NCBI RefSeq assembly: GCF_009834535.1
Contig: NC_045697.1
Span: 30,816,001-30,880,000 of the forward strand
Direction: 5' to 3'
Source: Camelus ferus
Lineage: Eukaryota
DNA length: 64,000 nucleotides
In this document: positions 27,701-42,240 of the stretch, piece by piece
Layout of the letters: each line of letters starts with the position of its first letter
How positions within the stretch are numbered: the first letter of the stretch is position 1
Notes under the pieces: generated by a model
What the model was told of the DNA's origin: nothing
Databases searched by the model: none
The model's input: the letters and a program-made list of their open reading frames with translations, nothing else
Position numbers and translations under genes: made by a program

Positions 27701-29978
27701 CTGATGGTCAGGGGGCCAGTGAGTACCAGAGCCAGGATAACATTTGGAAATGGATGAAGTCCAACTTAGTCCTAAAGCTTTAAAACTGACAGATACATTT
27801 ATTCATTCAACAGTGACGCCTGACCTGGCCTCTCCCTCTAAGCACATTTCTCACTACGCCGTCTGCCACTTCAACACAGTTTTCCACTCCCAACCTTCTC
27901 CTAGCTCACGGCCTTGTCAACGCTGTTAGATGTCAAAGCAGTCTCCCTGACCATTCTTCCTCGAAGTGTCATCTACAAACATTTTGAGTATACAGTGGTT
28001 CTCTGACTACTCCAATATTAATCTTTTGACCTATATACTTAGGTATATAGTAACTGGTAACTGAGAATTAACATACTAGGTGTTACAGACGTAAAATTAA
28101 CCTAATATGTGGAAGTAACATAAAGAACATTTCAGGGAAGTCCCCTGAATGCAATAAATGTTGATCAAATTTTCTATTTTAACATCAGGCCAACCAAAAA
28201 TTCCCAGAACTTTATAGTCTTGTCCCTATCTTGACACCCCTAATATATCTTCCTGTTAGGACCTGACATTACCATACACGGTAAGTGGTATTTTGATTTA
28301 AGTGTCTTTGTGGGAACTGATCTAAAAATAAACAAGTGTGAAAAACATATTGACATTATTTCTTGTCTAAAATAAGAAAAACAATGTCTTAACATGTCCC
28401 GCACTCATGCTGAACTGCAACAAGCTCCGAAAGCAGCACCGCAAATTCTAAGAGGCAGAAGCTGAAACGAGGCTCCCTGACATTCAGGGGAAAGGCTGTC
28501 CTAGAGCAGTGTGACATGGAAACCTGTGCTCGCCCAGGCTTGGGCCTCCCCCATAGCAAGCACTCAGTTTCTTTGGCTGCCAGCCTGGATGTTAACCTAG
28601 AAAAATAATCATCTTGGGCATGGCGAGTTACTGCAAAGAAGGAACACATGTATTGACGCCAAATCACGCTTAACAAAGAAAGGAAGAAGAATAATGAAAG
28701 ATAAAAGGAGTTTAATGATATCCCCTTGGGGACGACCCATAGTTCACTGGGTCTGACAAGAAGTAAGTGACTGAAACGTAGACTGAAAATTGGCACAGAG
28801 ACGGACTGCACTAGCAATGAGGAGTTTCAACCACCAGACATCTACTAGGCATCTCCTAGAAGTCTCAATTAGCTAAAGGCATCGCTGACTTGTCTTGGCA
28901 GCAAATTTGTCTCTGAGAAGGTATGGGAAACAAGATGAGGAATTGCTACCATGGACTGGATTCTAATCAAAGCAGAAGTGACAGAGCAGTGATGACACTC
29001 ACAGAAAACACAGCTGGACCAGAGAGCTTTCGGCAGTCAAAGAGGGAAACACCAGGCCAAGCCAGACGTGTTCTAGATGTCAGGAGGATGTATTTCAAGT
29101 TAACATCAAGACCTAAAAGGGGCAGAAGTCTGGAAGGCTGTCTGAAGTAACATGATGACTAACTGTGGAAGGTCCTATCAAGAGGGAAAAGAGAGGTGTG
29201 GTCAAAGAGACCACTGTCACAGTGCAGGAAGTCCTTGAACAAGGTAAAGCAGGTAAAAAGATCACCAGAAAGGTTGGAACTACGCTCACATAGTCAATAA
29301 CAAATAATAACAGAAGCATGATCATCCAGGAATAGAGGAAAGGTGTTTTCAAAAATATTGGAGATTACCAAAATGTTTTCTCCCTTCCATCTGGACTACA
29401 GGAACTCAACGGGCTAGGTCTGCTGCCTGTAAAGATGGTGTACATTACCCGAGTCTGAACAATGATGCTATTAGCCAAATCGAAATCCTTAGCACTCTGT
29501 ACTTCAACAAGGTATTCAGCTAGACCCTGTTCTTGTAGAACTGAGACCCACAATCCCACGATTATGTAACAATGTTGGATTCACAACTGGTCCACAAATT
29601 TCCATGGGGGGACTCAAACTGGAGCTTTCCTTTGGGTCCCTCCCTGCCTGCAACACCTTCTGAAGGAGCCTACCCTGGCTCACCCTTGGCCCCTACCATT
29701 CCTCTCCTCTCCTGGGCTTACTTGCTTGCACTGGGAGGGTGGAGTCAGGGTCAAGGGGCACCTGAGCAGCAGGGCCAACTGGACTTCCTTCTGGGAATGT
29801 GGACTTGTGATCCAGAGACCTAGGCAGGCAGGCTTGGCACTGAGCAAGGACCATCATGGCAAGTTGGGCTGGAGGGGGATGGGTCACAGTAAAGCCACGT
29901 GCATGGTGGAGGTGTGAAGAGGAGAATGGAGTAGATGTAGGGAGGAAAAACCAGGGAAACGCTGGGCAAAGTGAGAGA

Positions 29979-30138
29979 CCCAAAGACTGAGTCCCACGAG
30001 GCTCTGCTGTGATCCAACAGGATCCCTTGACAGTCCCAGTAGATGCACAGCTTCCCAAAGACTGAGTCCCACAAGGCTCTGCTGTGATCCAACAGGATCC
30101 CTTGACAGTCCCAGTAGATGCACAGCTTCCCAAAGACT
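29979..30138. repeat. 75-bp tandem duplication (2 copies plus 10 bp)
   Basis: Units start at 29979 and 30054 and differ by one base. A third cccaaagact follows at 30129. Confidence 0.95.
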
Positions 30139-31438
30139 CGGGAGCCAGATTGCCAGGTTCCAATGACAGGATAAGGACATACATGGCAGGATTAATAAAT
30201 GGGCAGAGGACACGAAAGAATCAATTCAGGAAGGTTGTGAGAGATTGAATAAACTGAAGATCCTATACTAAGGCCTAAAAAAATCAACTGTGCAAATATA
30301 ATATGGGGGATTCAGCCCAGCAAAACATGTAGAGAACAAAAGGTTTTATTGCTCTTATTACTTTCTTAAAAAGAAAGAACTTGCTAAAAATTAGAAGTGT
30401 CTGAGAATGCACAGGGCTATTTTACAAGGGGTGTGATTCCTGTCAGTGAGAGGTATTCAAGCAGGACCTGCACAACCAACCGCTAGCAGGTGCACACAAA
30501 CAACATCATTTTGCTACTGCACTGTTCTCAGAATGAGCCAGGGAGTTTGATGGGCACCCACTTATCTCCATTGTGATTTTGCAAGAGAGAAAAAAATAAT
30601 TCACTTTTTTTTTTTAAACACTGTCTCAAGTGTCAAAAACACCCAGTGAAGACAATAAATCCTACCTGCTAATTTGTGTCTTTGGAAAAGTCAGTGCAGC
30701 ACACACAGCAGCATGAGTCACCCATGAGCAAGAACAGCTTTCTACTCTAGAGAACCAGACACTGCCCAGGATCAGGAAAAAGGTGATACTTTCCCACTGT
30801 CTACTGGTGACCAGCGGTGTCAGAGTCTGGCACGGGAAGTTTCCAACAAGTCTATCAACCAGGCTAGAAAAATTGGACAACCACAAAGGAGCACTGGAGA
30901 ACTCCACCAGGTCCCAGCATGACCCTGAGAGCAGGCGTGCCTCTGGGGTGGCCTGCCTGCCAGCACCGTGGGGCAGTCATTAAAGAACTCACCGAGACTG
31001 GTCAGGCAAGACAGGCTCAGAGATACAGGAGTCACCTACACAAAAGCAAATGAGGCACGGCTGCCTTCGCTTTGTCAGGATGTGGCTCAAAAAGGAGACA
31101 GAAACCTCCACTAAAGCGGATTACGCAGGGATGTGTGAAAGACAGCTGGTGGGCCGCGAAGACTTCAAAGACCCAGCACGGTGCTGGGCGACATGAAAGC
31201 AGTGACACCCACACATTGTGAGACTGCACTCGGCCCAACCCAGCTCACAGGTGGAGCAAGAGCGATGAAAGCACAGACTAACCCACCCAGTGCAGAAAGA
31301 GCCTCAAGATGCAATGCTGGTACCTCCGTGTACCACCGCGAATGAGAACTGAAATCAGCCCCTTAGATCTGCTGGGGTGTCTGTGGCCACTGCTGAGCAA
31401 AGTGCCATGGGCTCGTATTTGACAATAAGAAGACTCCA

Positions 31439-32190
31439 CTGGAGAGGCTGTGGAGAAAAGGGAACACTTCTACACTGCTGGTGGGAATGCAGTTTGGTAC
31501 AGCCACTGTGGAAAACAGTATGGAGATTCCTCAGAAGACTAGGAATAGACTTGCCATATGACCCAGGAATCCTGCTCCTGGGCATATATCCAGAAGGAAC
31601 CCTACTTCAAAAAGACACCTGCACCTCAATGTTCATAGCAGCACTATTTACAATAGCCAAAATATGGAAACAGCCTAAATGTCCATTGACAGGTGACTGG
31701 ATAAAGAAGATGTGGTATATTTATACAATGGAATACCATTCAGCCATAAAAACCGACAACATAATGCCATTTGCAGCAACATGGATGCTCCTGGAGACTG
31801 TCATTCTAAGTGAAGTAAGCCAGAAAGAGAAAGAAAAATACCATATGAGATCGCGCATATGTGGAATCTAAAACAACAACAACAAAAAACAAAACATAAA
31901 TACAAAACAGAAACAGACTCATAGACATAGAATACAAACTTGTGGTTGCCAAGGGGGCGGGAGGTGGGAAGGGACAGACTGGGCTTTCAAAATGTAGAAT
32001 AGATAAACAAGACTATTCTGTATAGCACAGGAAATGTATACAAGATCTTGTGGTAGCTCACAGAGAAAAAAAATGTGACAATGAATATATGTATGTTCAT
32101 GTATAACTGAAAAATTGTGCTCTACGCTGGAATTTGACTCAACATTGTAAAATGACTATAACTCAATAAAAAAAAGTTAAAAAAAAAAAA
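31439..32190 (+). mobile_element. Young 5'-truncated L1 with an open ORF2 C-terminal frame
   Basis: ORF 31377-31871 contains the uninterrupted L1 ORF2 C-terminus (HCWWEC..QPLWK..KCP..WIKKMWYIYTMEY). TSD aagactcca at 31430-31438 and 32191-32199, and a long A-tail. Confidence 0.93.
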
Positions 32191-35100
32191 AAGACTCCAT
32201 GAGATTCAAAATCACTCCAACAGGTTAAAAAGCTCAGTTCCCAAAATCTGAACAGCTTGATCTCATCCCAATCACTCATCAGACACAGATTCAAGTAACA
32301 TTTGCTAAGCCTCTACTCAAGTGCTTTATTTTAATTTTCCACTCTGAAAGATGTCCCTGCAGTTTGGAGCAGCTCAGGAGCCAAAAGAACACGATGTTGA
32401 CATAAAGAGTGTTCTCGTCAACTCTGAAGTCCCGGCGTTAAAACTATCAATCCCAAGCAGGTTAAGTCCATGCATCTCCCAGATGCCTAAAATCCACAGC
32501 AATGAGGAGCAGGTAACACACTAATAGTTATGTTTACTGAGGTTCTAAAGAATACTGAAAGAAGACGGAGGAAGTAGATGGAATTTAGGATAAATGCAAT
32601 ACTCTTTCCAAGAAAATAAAAAAAATGTGCACAAACATAACATATTTTGCCACATGTGGATCTTCTTGTTCTTCTCTAAAATGCGAGGAGGTTTTCAGTC
32701 CTTCATCCCAGTGTTTTCTATCTTAGTAAAAGGTGCCATCAATTTGGGCTCAGGGCCCAAAACTTTAGTCATTCTCAATGTCTTTAACATTCCACATCCT
32801 AGTCTTCAATAAATCTGTCCGATCTACCTTCAAACTATATCCTGAATCTGACCCATCACCTCCACTGATACCTAGTAGTCCAAGCCACTAACATCTTTCT
32901 TCATTTCAACTTCTACCTCCAAGATGAAATCTGAATTTCTAGGGGTGGAACCCAAGGATCAGCTACTTTCAAGCTCCTCAGGGAATTCTAATATGCAGCC
33001 AGGCTTGGTCTACCATCTAGCCAACAAGCAGATGATTTACTGGTAGGCAGTACTACCACTTTGCAAAAGGAAAACAGGAGTCTCAGAGAGGTTATATGAC
33101 TTGCCCAAGGTCACCCAGCTTGGAAGACCCTAAAGTCAGATATCACTCCAGGCCCGCTGGGAGCCCTGTGTGCCTTATTTCATTTTTTCCTTAAGTCAAT
33201 TATTTACAGGGTAGCAGCTTATGATGCTGAGGAAAGTGGGGGCAGTCTCAAGTTTTGTTGCTGACACAAAACCAATGCACTCTGCTTTTTAAGTGGCTAC
33301 TATGTCGAACAGTCTGGTAGCAAACAGACTAAAGACACAAGGTATAAACAGTAAAGTTACTGATTCTATTAACTTGTGTCAATGGAAGTGAAAAAAGACA
33401 ATCTCAGCTGGATATATGGAAAAACGTCTGATCTCTTATAAAGAAAACTATCAGTTCAGACGGAAGGTCTTGGTATTCAGGTTTAGTTAAAATTAAATCA
33501 TATAGGAGAGTAGTTCACCGACCATAGGATAAATTCCACAGGGAAAATCACTTAACACAATCACTTAACAATTAAGGGAGAGTCAGTAGGCACCTGGGGA
33601 AATTAAGAGGGCTTTTTTCCTTCTTTGCTAATTATATTCACTTGGAAGTCAACAAACGGCAGACTCAGGTAATGATTCTTTCATTGAACTTTAAACAAAA
33701 AGATGTGAAAAAGTAGCCATCTGGGGTTAAACCGAGCCAGTGATTCAGAACTTTACCTGCCCCATACCCCTGGTCAAATTCTGTCTAAGAAGATTTCCAT
33801 CTGTAGAGTACAAGTAACATGATCACCTCAAAAAGTAAAGTCTAAATGCAAAAACAATGAGGATGGATGACAACATAAAGGCTAGAAGAGAATATAAAAT
33901 TAAAAAAAGTCCCACAAAGGTGGGACACCATACACCTGACCTAAGGCACTTTGCCTTCCAGTCCTCGAAGTTTGAAGTAACAACCATCACCCTCTGAAGC
34001 CAGACCCCTGCATCCATCCATGAGGCCACAGAGAAATCACATCGGCTAAATTAAGAGTTTCAAAATAAGCTTCACCTCAGCAACCAGGGAAGACAGGTAA
34101 ATTGGGACTTGTGGTAAGTTTCTGCTTTCTGGACATTAACCTGTAAAAGACTTATTAACATCGTGGTCAGATAAATCAATAATTGTAAACTAAAGAAAAT
34201 AAACCCTTTGAAAATAAAGTAGCCACAGATGTTTCAGAGACTTTTTACCAAATTGTTAAGGTATTTCTTCCAGGTGAAAATAACTACATACGTAGGCTAT
34301 CAATACGGGATGAATAAAGAGATTAATTACTACAACAAACTAAAAGTAAGTAGGTTAGCAAAAACTATAATGACACTGCAGAGAGGATCATATTCACCAG
34401 GCTCCCAGAGAAGATACAGCACCAGCTAAAAATAAACTGAATGTGTTTACTCTTCATTTGGTTGTACTGAACAGAGTGTTTAATTCAGAATTTTAAAGAA
34501 AGTCTTCAAAAGAAAATAACTGAGTATCATCACATGAACTTTATCATGTCTGAGAGGAGAAAGCTAGAGAAGTGTAATTAGACTCATGAAGTAACTGGGC
34601 AATAAACAAAATATTTATCAAAAAAGAATCCATATGCTCATAGTGTCTTGTCCGGCAATCTATATGACTTCATACAGTCTATTCCTCCTCCTCTCTGCAA
34701 GCAAGGAAATTGAAAGAGCCACACCACTGTTTTTCAGCACTGTTGCACACCAGAATTGCCTGGGAGACAGAACATCAATGCGTGGTCCATAGGCCCAATG
34801 GATCAGACTGACTGACCTCACTGGCCAGGGAAGGGTCCAGGGATCAGTATTGTTTAGACAACCCCCATTTGATTCACTGTGTAGCCAGGGTTGAGCACTG
34901 CTGAGATACACAACGTGACTATAAAACTGCCCATATTCTACAAGATTCCCACTGCCCTGGCCACACTGGGCACAGTTTCCATTAAAGACAGCAGAATCAT
35001 TCTTCCTCATGCCATTTCGCTAACCCTTACTCACAGCTGTGGGAAAAAAAAAGTGACAAAAGCTGAGTAAGCCCACCTGATAATACTCATCACAGCCATT

Positions 35101-36682
35101 CTGGCATCCATGGTGGATTGAACCCAACTTAAGCTTAAGGTATAGAATGTACATCAGATTTGGGTAAAAATCTATACAGAGAGATTTCTTTCATTTCTTT
35201 GGTCAGAGATAGGACATGGCTTGAGGTTTTTTTCGCTTAGTTTTTTTTAAAGTAGAATGAGACAGAGTAGAAGGGGACTGGACAGGATCAACTAGTCATA
35301 GCCATTAGGATGACAATACAGTGTCAGAGCAAGGGATCCGGGAAAAAACGGTCATGACAACAGGTGCGCTCGGAACCAAAGAACTCAAACATGGGGCAAC
35401 AAGTTTGTCTAGATGAGCTGGCCAAGAGCAACAGCGGGGAAGATGAAAGCAAATGATATTTTGAGCCCTTGGCAGCCTGGTTTGTCACCACAACTCCTCA
35501 CAAGTGCAGAGCCCTGGAGTCCAAGTGAGGGTCAGCGATCAGCGTCTCCTCTCTCAGAGCAGGGCAGGGCCCCCAGTTCCGGAGCTCTGCGAGCTGCTGT
35601 GACACGCACTAAAGGTCAAGGAAGGGGTGACAGTGTGATTCAGGCCACATCCTTATGGTGCTAAGTCGAGCTCCCTAGAGGTAGGAGACATCTAAGGTTT
35701 CCAGGGCTGGGGGAGGGCTAACTCTGCATGGGGGTTAAGGAGGAATGAGGGGGAAAGATGGACTGCAGATGCTGGAAGAAGATTTTTTCATAACAAGTTG
35801 GCTTTAAAACCAAAGTAAGCAAAAGAGACCTAAGCCAATTACAGCAGCTCAGCTATTCTCAACTGGTGTCAGAACAAGCCATCTCTCTGACTCACCCCTG
35901 TGAACCACTGTTTGCTTGCTTCACTCATGAAGGCCAGTCTGTATTCTAGATAGATCTGGCCCATTAATGTGGCTTCCTGGTCCAGTGCCTAGACTGGTTT
36001 CAACCTTCATAGCAGCAGGGTCTACCTAAATTATCACCTGACTAATCCAGTCCCATTAAGTACAACCCCAGATGGATCAAGGTAAGTCCTCCTCAAAGAT
36101 GGCTTAAGCAACTCCAATGAAGAGGCCCAATTCAAAACAGCCACTTCCCTTTGCCCAGTCAACTCAACATGTAAATGACCAGAAGCCAAGTTCTACAGTC
36201 CCCTTAGATTAACAAAACTGATGGCAACGATGTATATGAAAGCATATTACCCAAAGTTACTATCTAGGCACACACATTCATGTTAACCTTTAAGGGAAAA
36301 CCAACAGGAAGGTAGGGCAGAATGCGTTTATCAAATCTATTTAAGAAGAATTGTTTTTAATGGGACCAAAACAACAGGTTTCAACAGATGCTATGATGAA
36401 CTTACATAAAACCTCTAAACTGCCACAAGGGCCACGTCAAAAGCAGTATTATCCAAGCACTAATACATCCATCGTGTGAGGTTTTATGAGGACATTCGAG
36501 AAGTCCTTCTGTTGTAAGGAAGGAAGTTAAAGGCTTAAAATCTCTACTTAAGAGAGAAGTATGTTTACACATGTACTTTTAATAAACTGACTTTGAGACA
36601 TGATTTCTGTTATAAAATTTTATGTTCTGAAAAAGTCTAGTAAATCCTCACATGTCAGCCCAAGCTAGAGGTGTAACCTATA

Positions 36683-37014
36683 GCTGTGCTGTCTAGTATG
36701 ACAGCCACTCACCACGTGTGACAACTGAGCATGTGAAATGGGGCTAGTTTAATTGAGATGTACTGTAAATATAAAATATACCGCAGATTTAGAAAACTTA
36801 GTACAAAAAAAGCAAACTAATTCATTACTAGTTTTTATATCAGTAACATGATGAAATAATATTTTGGATATATTAGGTTGAAGAAAATATATTATTAAAA
36901 CTAATTTCACCTATTTCTTTTTTTTATTATTAACAATGTTACTACTAGAATATTTCAAAGTACATATGTGTCTAGCATTTGTGGCTCATATTTACTTTCT
37001 TTTGGTGCTGATCT
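36683..37014. mobile_element. MER33-like hAT-Charlie DNA transposon relic
   Basis: gctgtgctgtctagtatg.cagccact..ctgagca..tgaaat..gctagt..aattgagatgt..tacatatgtg..gctcatattta. Confidence 0.7.
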
Positions 37015-37229
37015 AAGACACGAATGACAATTTGATACAAGTAGATTCCATGGAACTATTAAATTCCAGCTGGTCTAAATTCTGACCTTTACTCCCAGCA
37101 GACAGGATGAAAAAGAGCAATATGTTGGCTATTCTGTAAGAGCTATGTGAAACCTTAGAAGTAGTAAGTTGGAACCAGAGTCCACAAAAACCCAGCTGAT
37201 AAAAAATGAACAAATTTTGCTGAAGAAAC

Positions 37230-38945
37230 AGGGTAACCAAAATACACCTGGTCAAGTCTAATTAATTGAAAACTTTGTTTAAAAATACTTTGCTTTATAA
37301 TATAGAATTTAAAAACCTATGGAGATGAACATTAACTGAAAAATTATTTAAAATGAAAGAATTCAGACTGACAGTTTCAATACAGTCACAAACAAAAATA
37401 CACAATTTTAGGAAGTATCCATTCACAGTATCTTCATAAAACACGTATCTTCTAGGAACAAATCATTAAAATGGACAGGATTTATTTTAAGAAAACTCTC
37501 CCCAGCACATGAAAGAAATACCAACAAATGGAGAGAAATACTAAGCTTAAACAACTCAGAATATGAAAGATGTCAATCCTCTCAATATAAATCTATGAAA
37601 TTAATGCAACCCCAGTAAATATCCCAACACATTAACTAGATTCAGTGATGCACTCATTGGTTCAAGTGGAAAAATAAACATAAAGATAGCCAGGAAAAGT
37701 TACAGGAAAGAGCAGTGATAGGACAGCTATAAGGATTTATTTTTATTAATTGTAATAAAGGAATTTGATACTAGGGACCAAAAGAGACAGACCAAAATCG
37801 AGAGGGGAGGGAGAGACTGACTCCAGACATGACTCAATTGTGTATATAAATTTAGTATACAAAAGAAGCACCTCAAACCAGTGCGGGAAGACTGGATTAT
37901 TAAATATATGGTTATCAAGTCAGGTGGATAATAATTTGAGGAAAAAAGATACATCTACCTCATATAACAAAAGAAATCCCACAGTTATTAAATATGTAAA
38001 GATAAAAGATAAACTGTAACAGAGAAAAGAGAATGTACTTAACATCTGATAAGCTCTTAAAATTCAATACAAGATAATCTTCATAAAGGAACTTACAATG
38101 AATAAACAGCTCTGAAAAAAATAGAAATAATTTCTAAACTAACCAAAATGCATTCAACCTAATAAGTACAGCAAAGTAAACTTAAAGATTCATTTTTTTG
38201 TGTTATATATTCAGAAGGATAAAAAAGAAGACACCCAGTGCTGGGGAAGGGGGAGAAAAACAGGCAGGCTTGTTCATTTTCAGTGGGGGATATAAACTGG
38301 TCAAATCTTTCTAGTATTTTTTTTACCGTCATTAAAAACAGGTACATATATTTGACCCAGAAATCCCTTTTCTCAAAGATTTTTCTTACAAAGAAATAAT
38401 CAGGAAAGTGTGCCAAGATGTATAAAAACGCTTATTTGAGAGTGGTTTAAAAACAACAACCTGGAATGACCTATATGTCCACCCATAGAGGATTCCTTAG
38501 TAAATTATTATTTACTAACACAGAAGTTCTCAGCTGCTGTAAAATTCATGATCTATGCATTCAACAAATAGTTAGTGCCAAGCAGTTCTCTAGGTACTGA
38601 GGATGTAAGTGGTGACAGTAAACAGCCCTTCCCATAGGGGAAGGTGGTCAAAGATACAAACTTCCAGTTAAAAGATAACTAAGTTCTGAAGATGTAATGT
38701 ACAGGATGGTGACTGTACCTAACAAGACTGTTCTGTATATTTGAAGTTGCTAAGAGAGCAGATTTTAAAAGTTTTTATCACAGGGAAAAACATTTGAAAC
38801 TATGTAAGGTAATGGATATTAACTACATTTATTGTGGTGATCCCTTTGCAATACTGCATATACAAATAACAAATCATGTACCCCTTAAACTAATATAATG
38901 TATCAATCATATCTCAATAGAAGTAGAAAAAATAAAATTAAAAAC
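37230..38945 (+). mobile_element. Highly degraded old L1 ORF2 region plus an L1MA-type 3' UTR fragment (38630-38945)
   Basis: A-rich L1-like motifs (aacaaatggagagaaatac, tataaactggtcaaatcttt, tacaaacttccagtta..aagttgctaagagagcagatttt). Confidence 0.6.
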
Positions 38946-39711
38946 CCCATCCTTCATGGAGTTTATATAAACTATATCTGATAGGCAAGGATGTCCATGA
39001 AATACTAAGGGGGAAGAAAAAGATTAAAAACAGAGTATGAGCTGATTTTTCTTAACAAATGTATATATTTCTACTCTCCTGCAGAATAGTTGGAAAGGAT
39101 ATATGTTAAATGGTTATATTTGGAAGGCATAATTCGGGGTGATTTTTACAGTCCGCTTGACACCTCCTTGCAGTGTGAGTTTTTTCCAATGAGCAGGTGT
39201 TATTTCTACTATCAAGAGAACAAAATTAAGCTCTTCCATTAGAAACAAAGTTCGGAGTCACCCATTCATCTGACAAACATGGTGGGCAACTGGATGGCAG
39301 GCAAAGCTGTCAGTGCAGAGCACACAGCAGTGAACAGATCACACAAAAAATCGCCCCCTTTGTGGTGCTCAGGTTCTAGTAGGAAGGTATCAAATAGGTC
39401 TGATTATAAGGCATTTGTAGGTCATCTCATCGCTAGGTCGTAAGATTCCTTTAATTCAACCAATATCTGAGCTCCTAACTCCACTCCAGGCAATGTCCTC
39501 GGTTAGCAGCGTATCAGTGAATAAAACAGACAAAACCCCCTGCTTTTAGGGAGGATAAAGTCTCCACCCAGAGGATGAGAGCATGGAAAGATGTGGGTTC
39601 TAGCGAAGAGTGAAGTGAAACTGTTGCCTTTACATTTACATTTTAATGAAACCGTGTGGATAGAGAGCCAGGCAGCCGACATTTCACCAACTTCAAAAGT
39701 ACACTCTGATC

Positions 39712-40065
39712 AAGGGGGCGGGGGCTGGGAAGGGACAGATTGGGATTTCAAAATGCAGAATACATAAACAAGATTATACTGTATAGCACAGGGAAATGTA
39801 TACAAGATCTTACGGTAGCTCACAGAGAAAAAAATGTGACAATGAATATATACATGTTCATGTATAACTGAAAAATTGTGCTCTTCACTCGAATTTGACA
39901 CAACATTGTAAAATGATTATAATTCAAAAAATGTTAAAAAAAAAAAAACCTAGTGGACATGAAAACATTATAAAAACCTTTCTGAAATGTGATTCAATTT
40001 TCACATAAAGTCTTGAAAGTGCTCTTACCCAGATTCATTTTCAGAAATATCGATAAATTAAAAAA
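39712..40065 (+). mobile_element. Young L1 3' end (39712-39948) plus a 3'-transduced unique segment and second A-tail
   Basis: 17-bp TSD aaaagtacactctgatc at 39695-39711 and 40066-40082. The 3' UTR is nearly identical to that of the 31439 copy. Confidence 0.9.
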
Positions 40066-40746
40066 AAAAGTACACTCTGATCTATTCCAACGTTTCTATG
40101 GCTATAAGGTAGGCACCTGATTTATTTCTCATCATTTTTGAAATGATATAGTGAAAAAAAATGAATGATGCACTATAGATTAAAAAACCTAAAATAAATA
40201 CATCCGCCACAGTTATTATCTCGATTACGCGGAGCAAAATGACATGCATTGGGGATTCTCAAATGTTGATCACATGAAGCACCACCATGCTCACACACCT
40301 TCTCTCACTCACAGTGCCAGGTCAGTTAGAAGTCTTTAACTCATTTCCACATTTCCTATGGGGCCTCCTTCAGTCACCACACCTTTCTGTCCCACCATCC
40401 AATTAGCTGGCACACAGCAGGTGCATAATACATTCTTGCTAAAGGAACAAAAGAGCTTAGTCATCTTTTACCTGGACAAATAGTCTCCTAAAATTTTCCT
40501 TTGAACAATTCTTTAAGAAAATTACCTTAATGCTCATTTTGTCATCTTTGACGTAAATGAAACGTAGTACTCTTTATAATTGCAAACATTTTAAAGGTGC
40601 CATTTACACAGACGAGTTGAGGAAAACAATCCCTAGGACAACTCCTAAATTTATCACTTCACACACGTTTTACATAATCAAATGAGTGTCTTACATTTTA
40701 GCACCACGATTCAACAGAAGAAAACGCAATCCACTGGACAGATACG

Positions 40747-40749
<3 letters not shown>

Positions 40750-40777
<28 letters not shown>
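40750..40777. repeat. (TG)n microsatellite
   Basis: Read directly. Confidence 0.9.
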
Positions 40778-40780
<3 letters not shown>

Positions 40781-41819
40781 ATTTCCTTAGTTTTGAACAA
40801 TTCAATGGTCATTATTTTGTAAATTATGAGCTCTAGAACACCTCTTTTATTCCAGCCAGAGCTTCTGACAATCTGAGTATCTGATGGTGACTGTGCCTAC
40901 CCCACGATTACTTTTCCTTTTTCCCTTAGGAATAAAACACTGAGTACTGGACCCGTTAGAAAACTTCATTTCCCCGCTTCCCTTGCAGAGGGAGCCAACG
41001 AAAAATTAGCATTCGTCTGTGTGTGGTATTTCCGGGGAAACCTTTTGGTCTCTCAGCCTTCCTTTTTTTACTACCTGGAAGTCTGACACAATGGCTGGAA
41101 CGTCAGCAACCAGGCTATGATTTTATGGAAATTATACGCTCAGGTGGGGGAAGCAGAAAGGCATAAGGAGCCCATGTTGCTTATGACTCTAGGCAGTGAG
41201 CCTAGCTGACCCGGGCTGCCTCCACGTTAGTTTTACAAGAGTGAGAAAAACTCTGTTTTGTGTAATCTCAGTCTCTGTTTCTAGCATTCCTAAGGACCTA
41301 TGTGAATTAGCTGGAGTAGAAGTGAAGAGACCTACAATGCTTTATCTACAATGCTTTATCTAATCTTGCTTCCTGGCCAATTAATCTACTATTAGGGTTC
41401 CAACTATTACCTCTGAACTTCAGATTCCCATTTGGTTTTTCCCACATTGAACCTCCAAATTTCTAAGTATCCTCAAAACATACCAATTTGGATGTCCCAC
41501 AATTACTTCAAAATTTATTGCCTTGACCCTCCTCAATTTCCTTATCTTTTAATAGATTTTCCCAGTTAACCAGGTTCAAGACTGTAAAGCAAGTTTCTTA
41601 AAACGTGTTTCACCTGCACCAGAATACTCTGGGCAGCTCATTAGGACTGCAGCCCCACAGCAGATCTACTGAACAGAATCCTTATGAGCCAGCCCAGGAA
41701 ACTGCGGTTTTAGTGAGATACCTGGGATCTTGTAACATTAAAATTTGAAATTATTGCTTGAGAATTTCCTTTTATTTAATCTATCTATCTCCTGCAATAT
41801 ATTCACTACATCACTATGT

Positions 41820-42240
41820 CCTACGATGTGAGCCTTGTGACCTCATTTCCTACCATTCTCCCTCTCCCTGTTCCTTTAACACTCGAGTCTCTCCTTCCTT
41901 GGGGCCTCTACCTGGAAGATACTTCCCCAGATTCCCACCAGGCTAACCCCTTCACCTCCTCCACATCAACTTTTCAATGAAGGCTAGCCTCTCCAACCTA
42001 TTTAAAATTAAAATTCATCCATCAACCTTACACATCTTACCTTCTCCCATTTTCCCCATAGCATTTACCACATACATTCTATGATTTGCTAATCTTGTTG
42101 TTTGCTTTGTCTCTTGCCTCACTAGAACATGAGCACCTCCAGGGCAGGGTCTTTTCTATTCATCTGTTCAGTGATGTACCTGGAGTATCTAGAACAGTGC
42201 TGATAGGACTTCAACAGATAGCTGTCGAATGAGTTCATGA
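41820..42240 (+). mobile_element. L2 3' fragment
   Basis: actagaacatgagcacctccagggcaggg..tatctagaacagtgc..tgtcgaatga. Confidence 0.65.

Noticed and set aside
29693..30213. ORFs with repeated peptides, and a CRISPR-like spacing of cccaaagact
   Set aside because: Both result from the 75-bp tandem duplication. The intervening segments are copies, not unique spacers, and the DNA is mammalian.
31377..31871. 164-aa ORF as a possible host gene
   Set aside because: It is the L1 ORF2 C-terminus within a TSD-bounded, 5'-truncated element, fused by chance to upstream flank.
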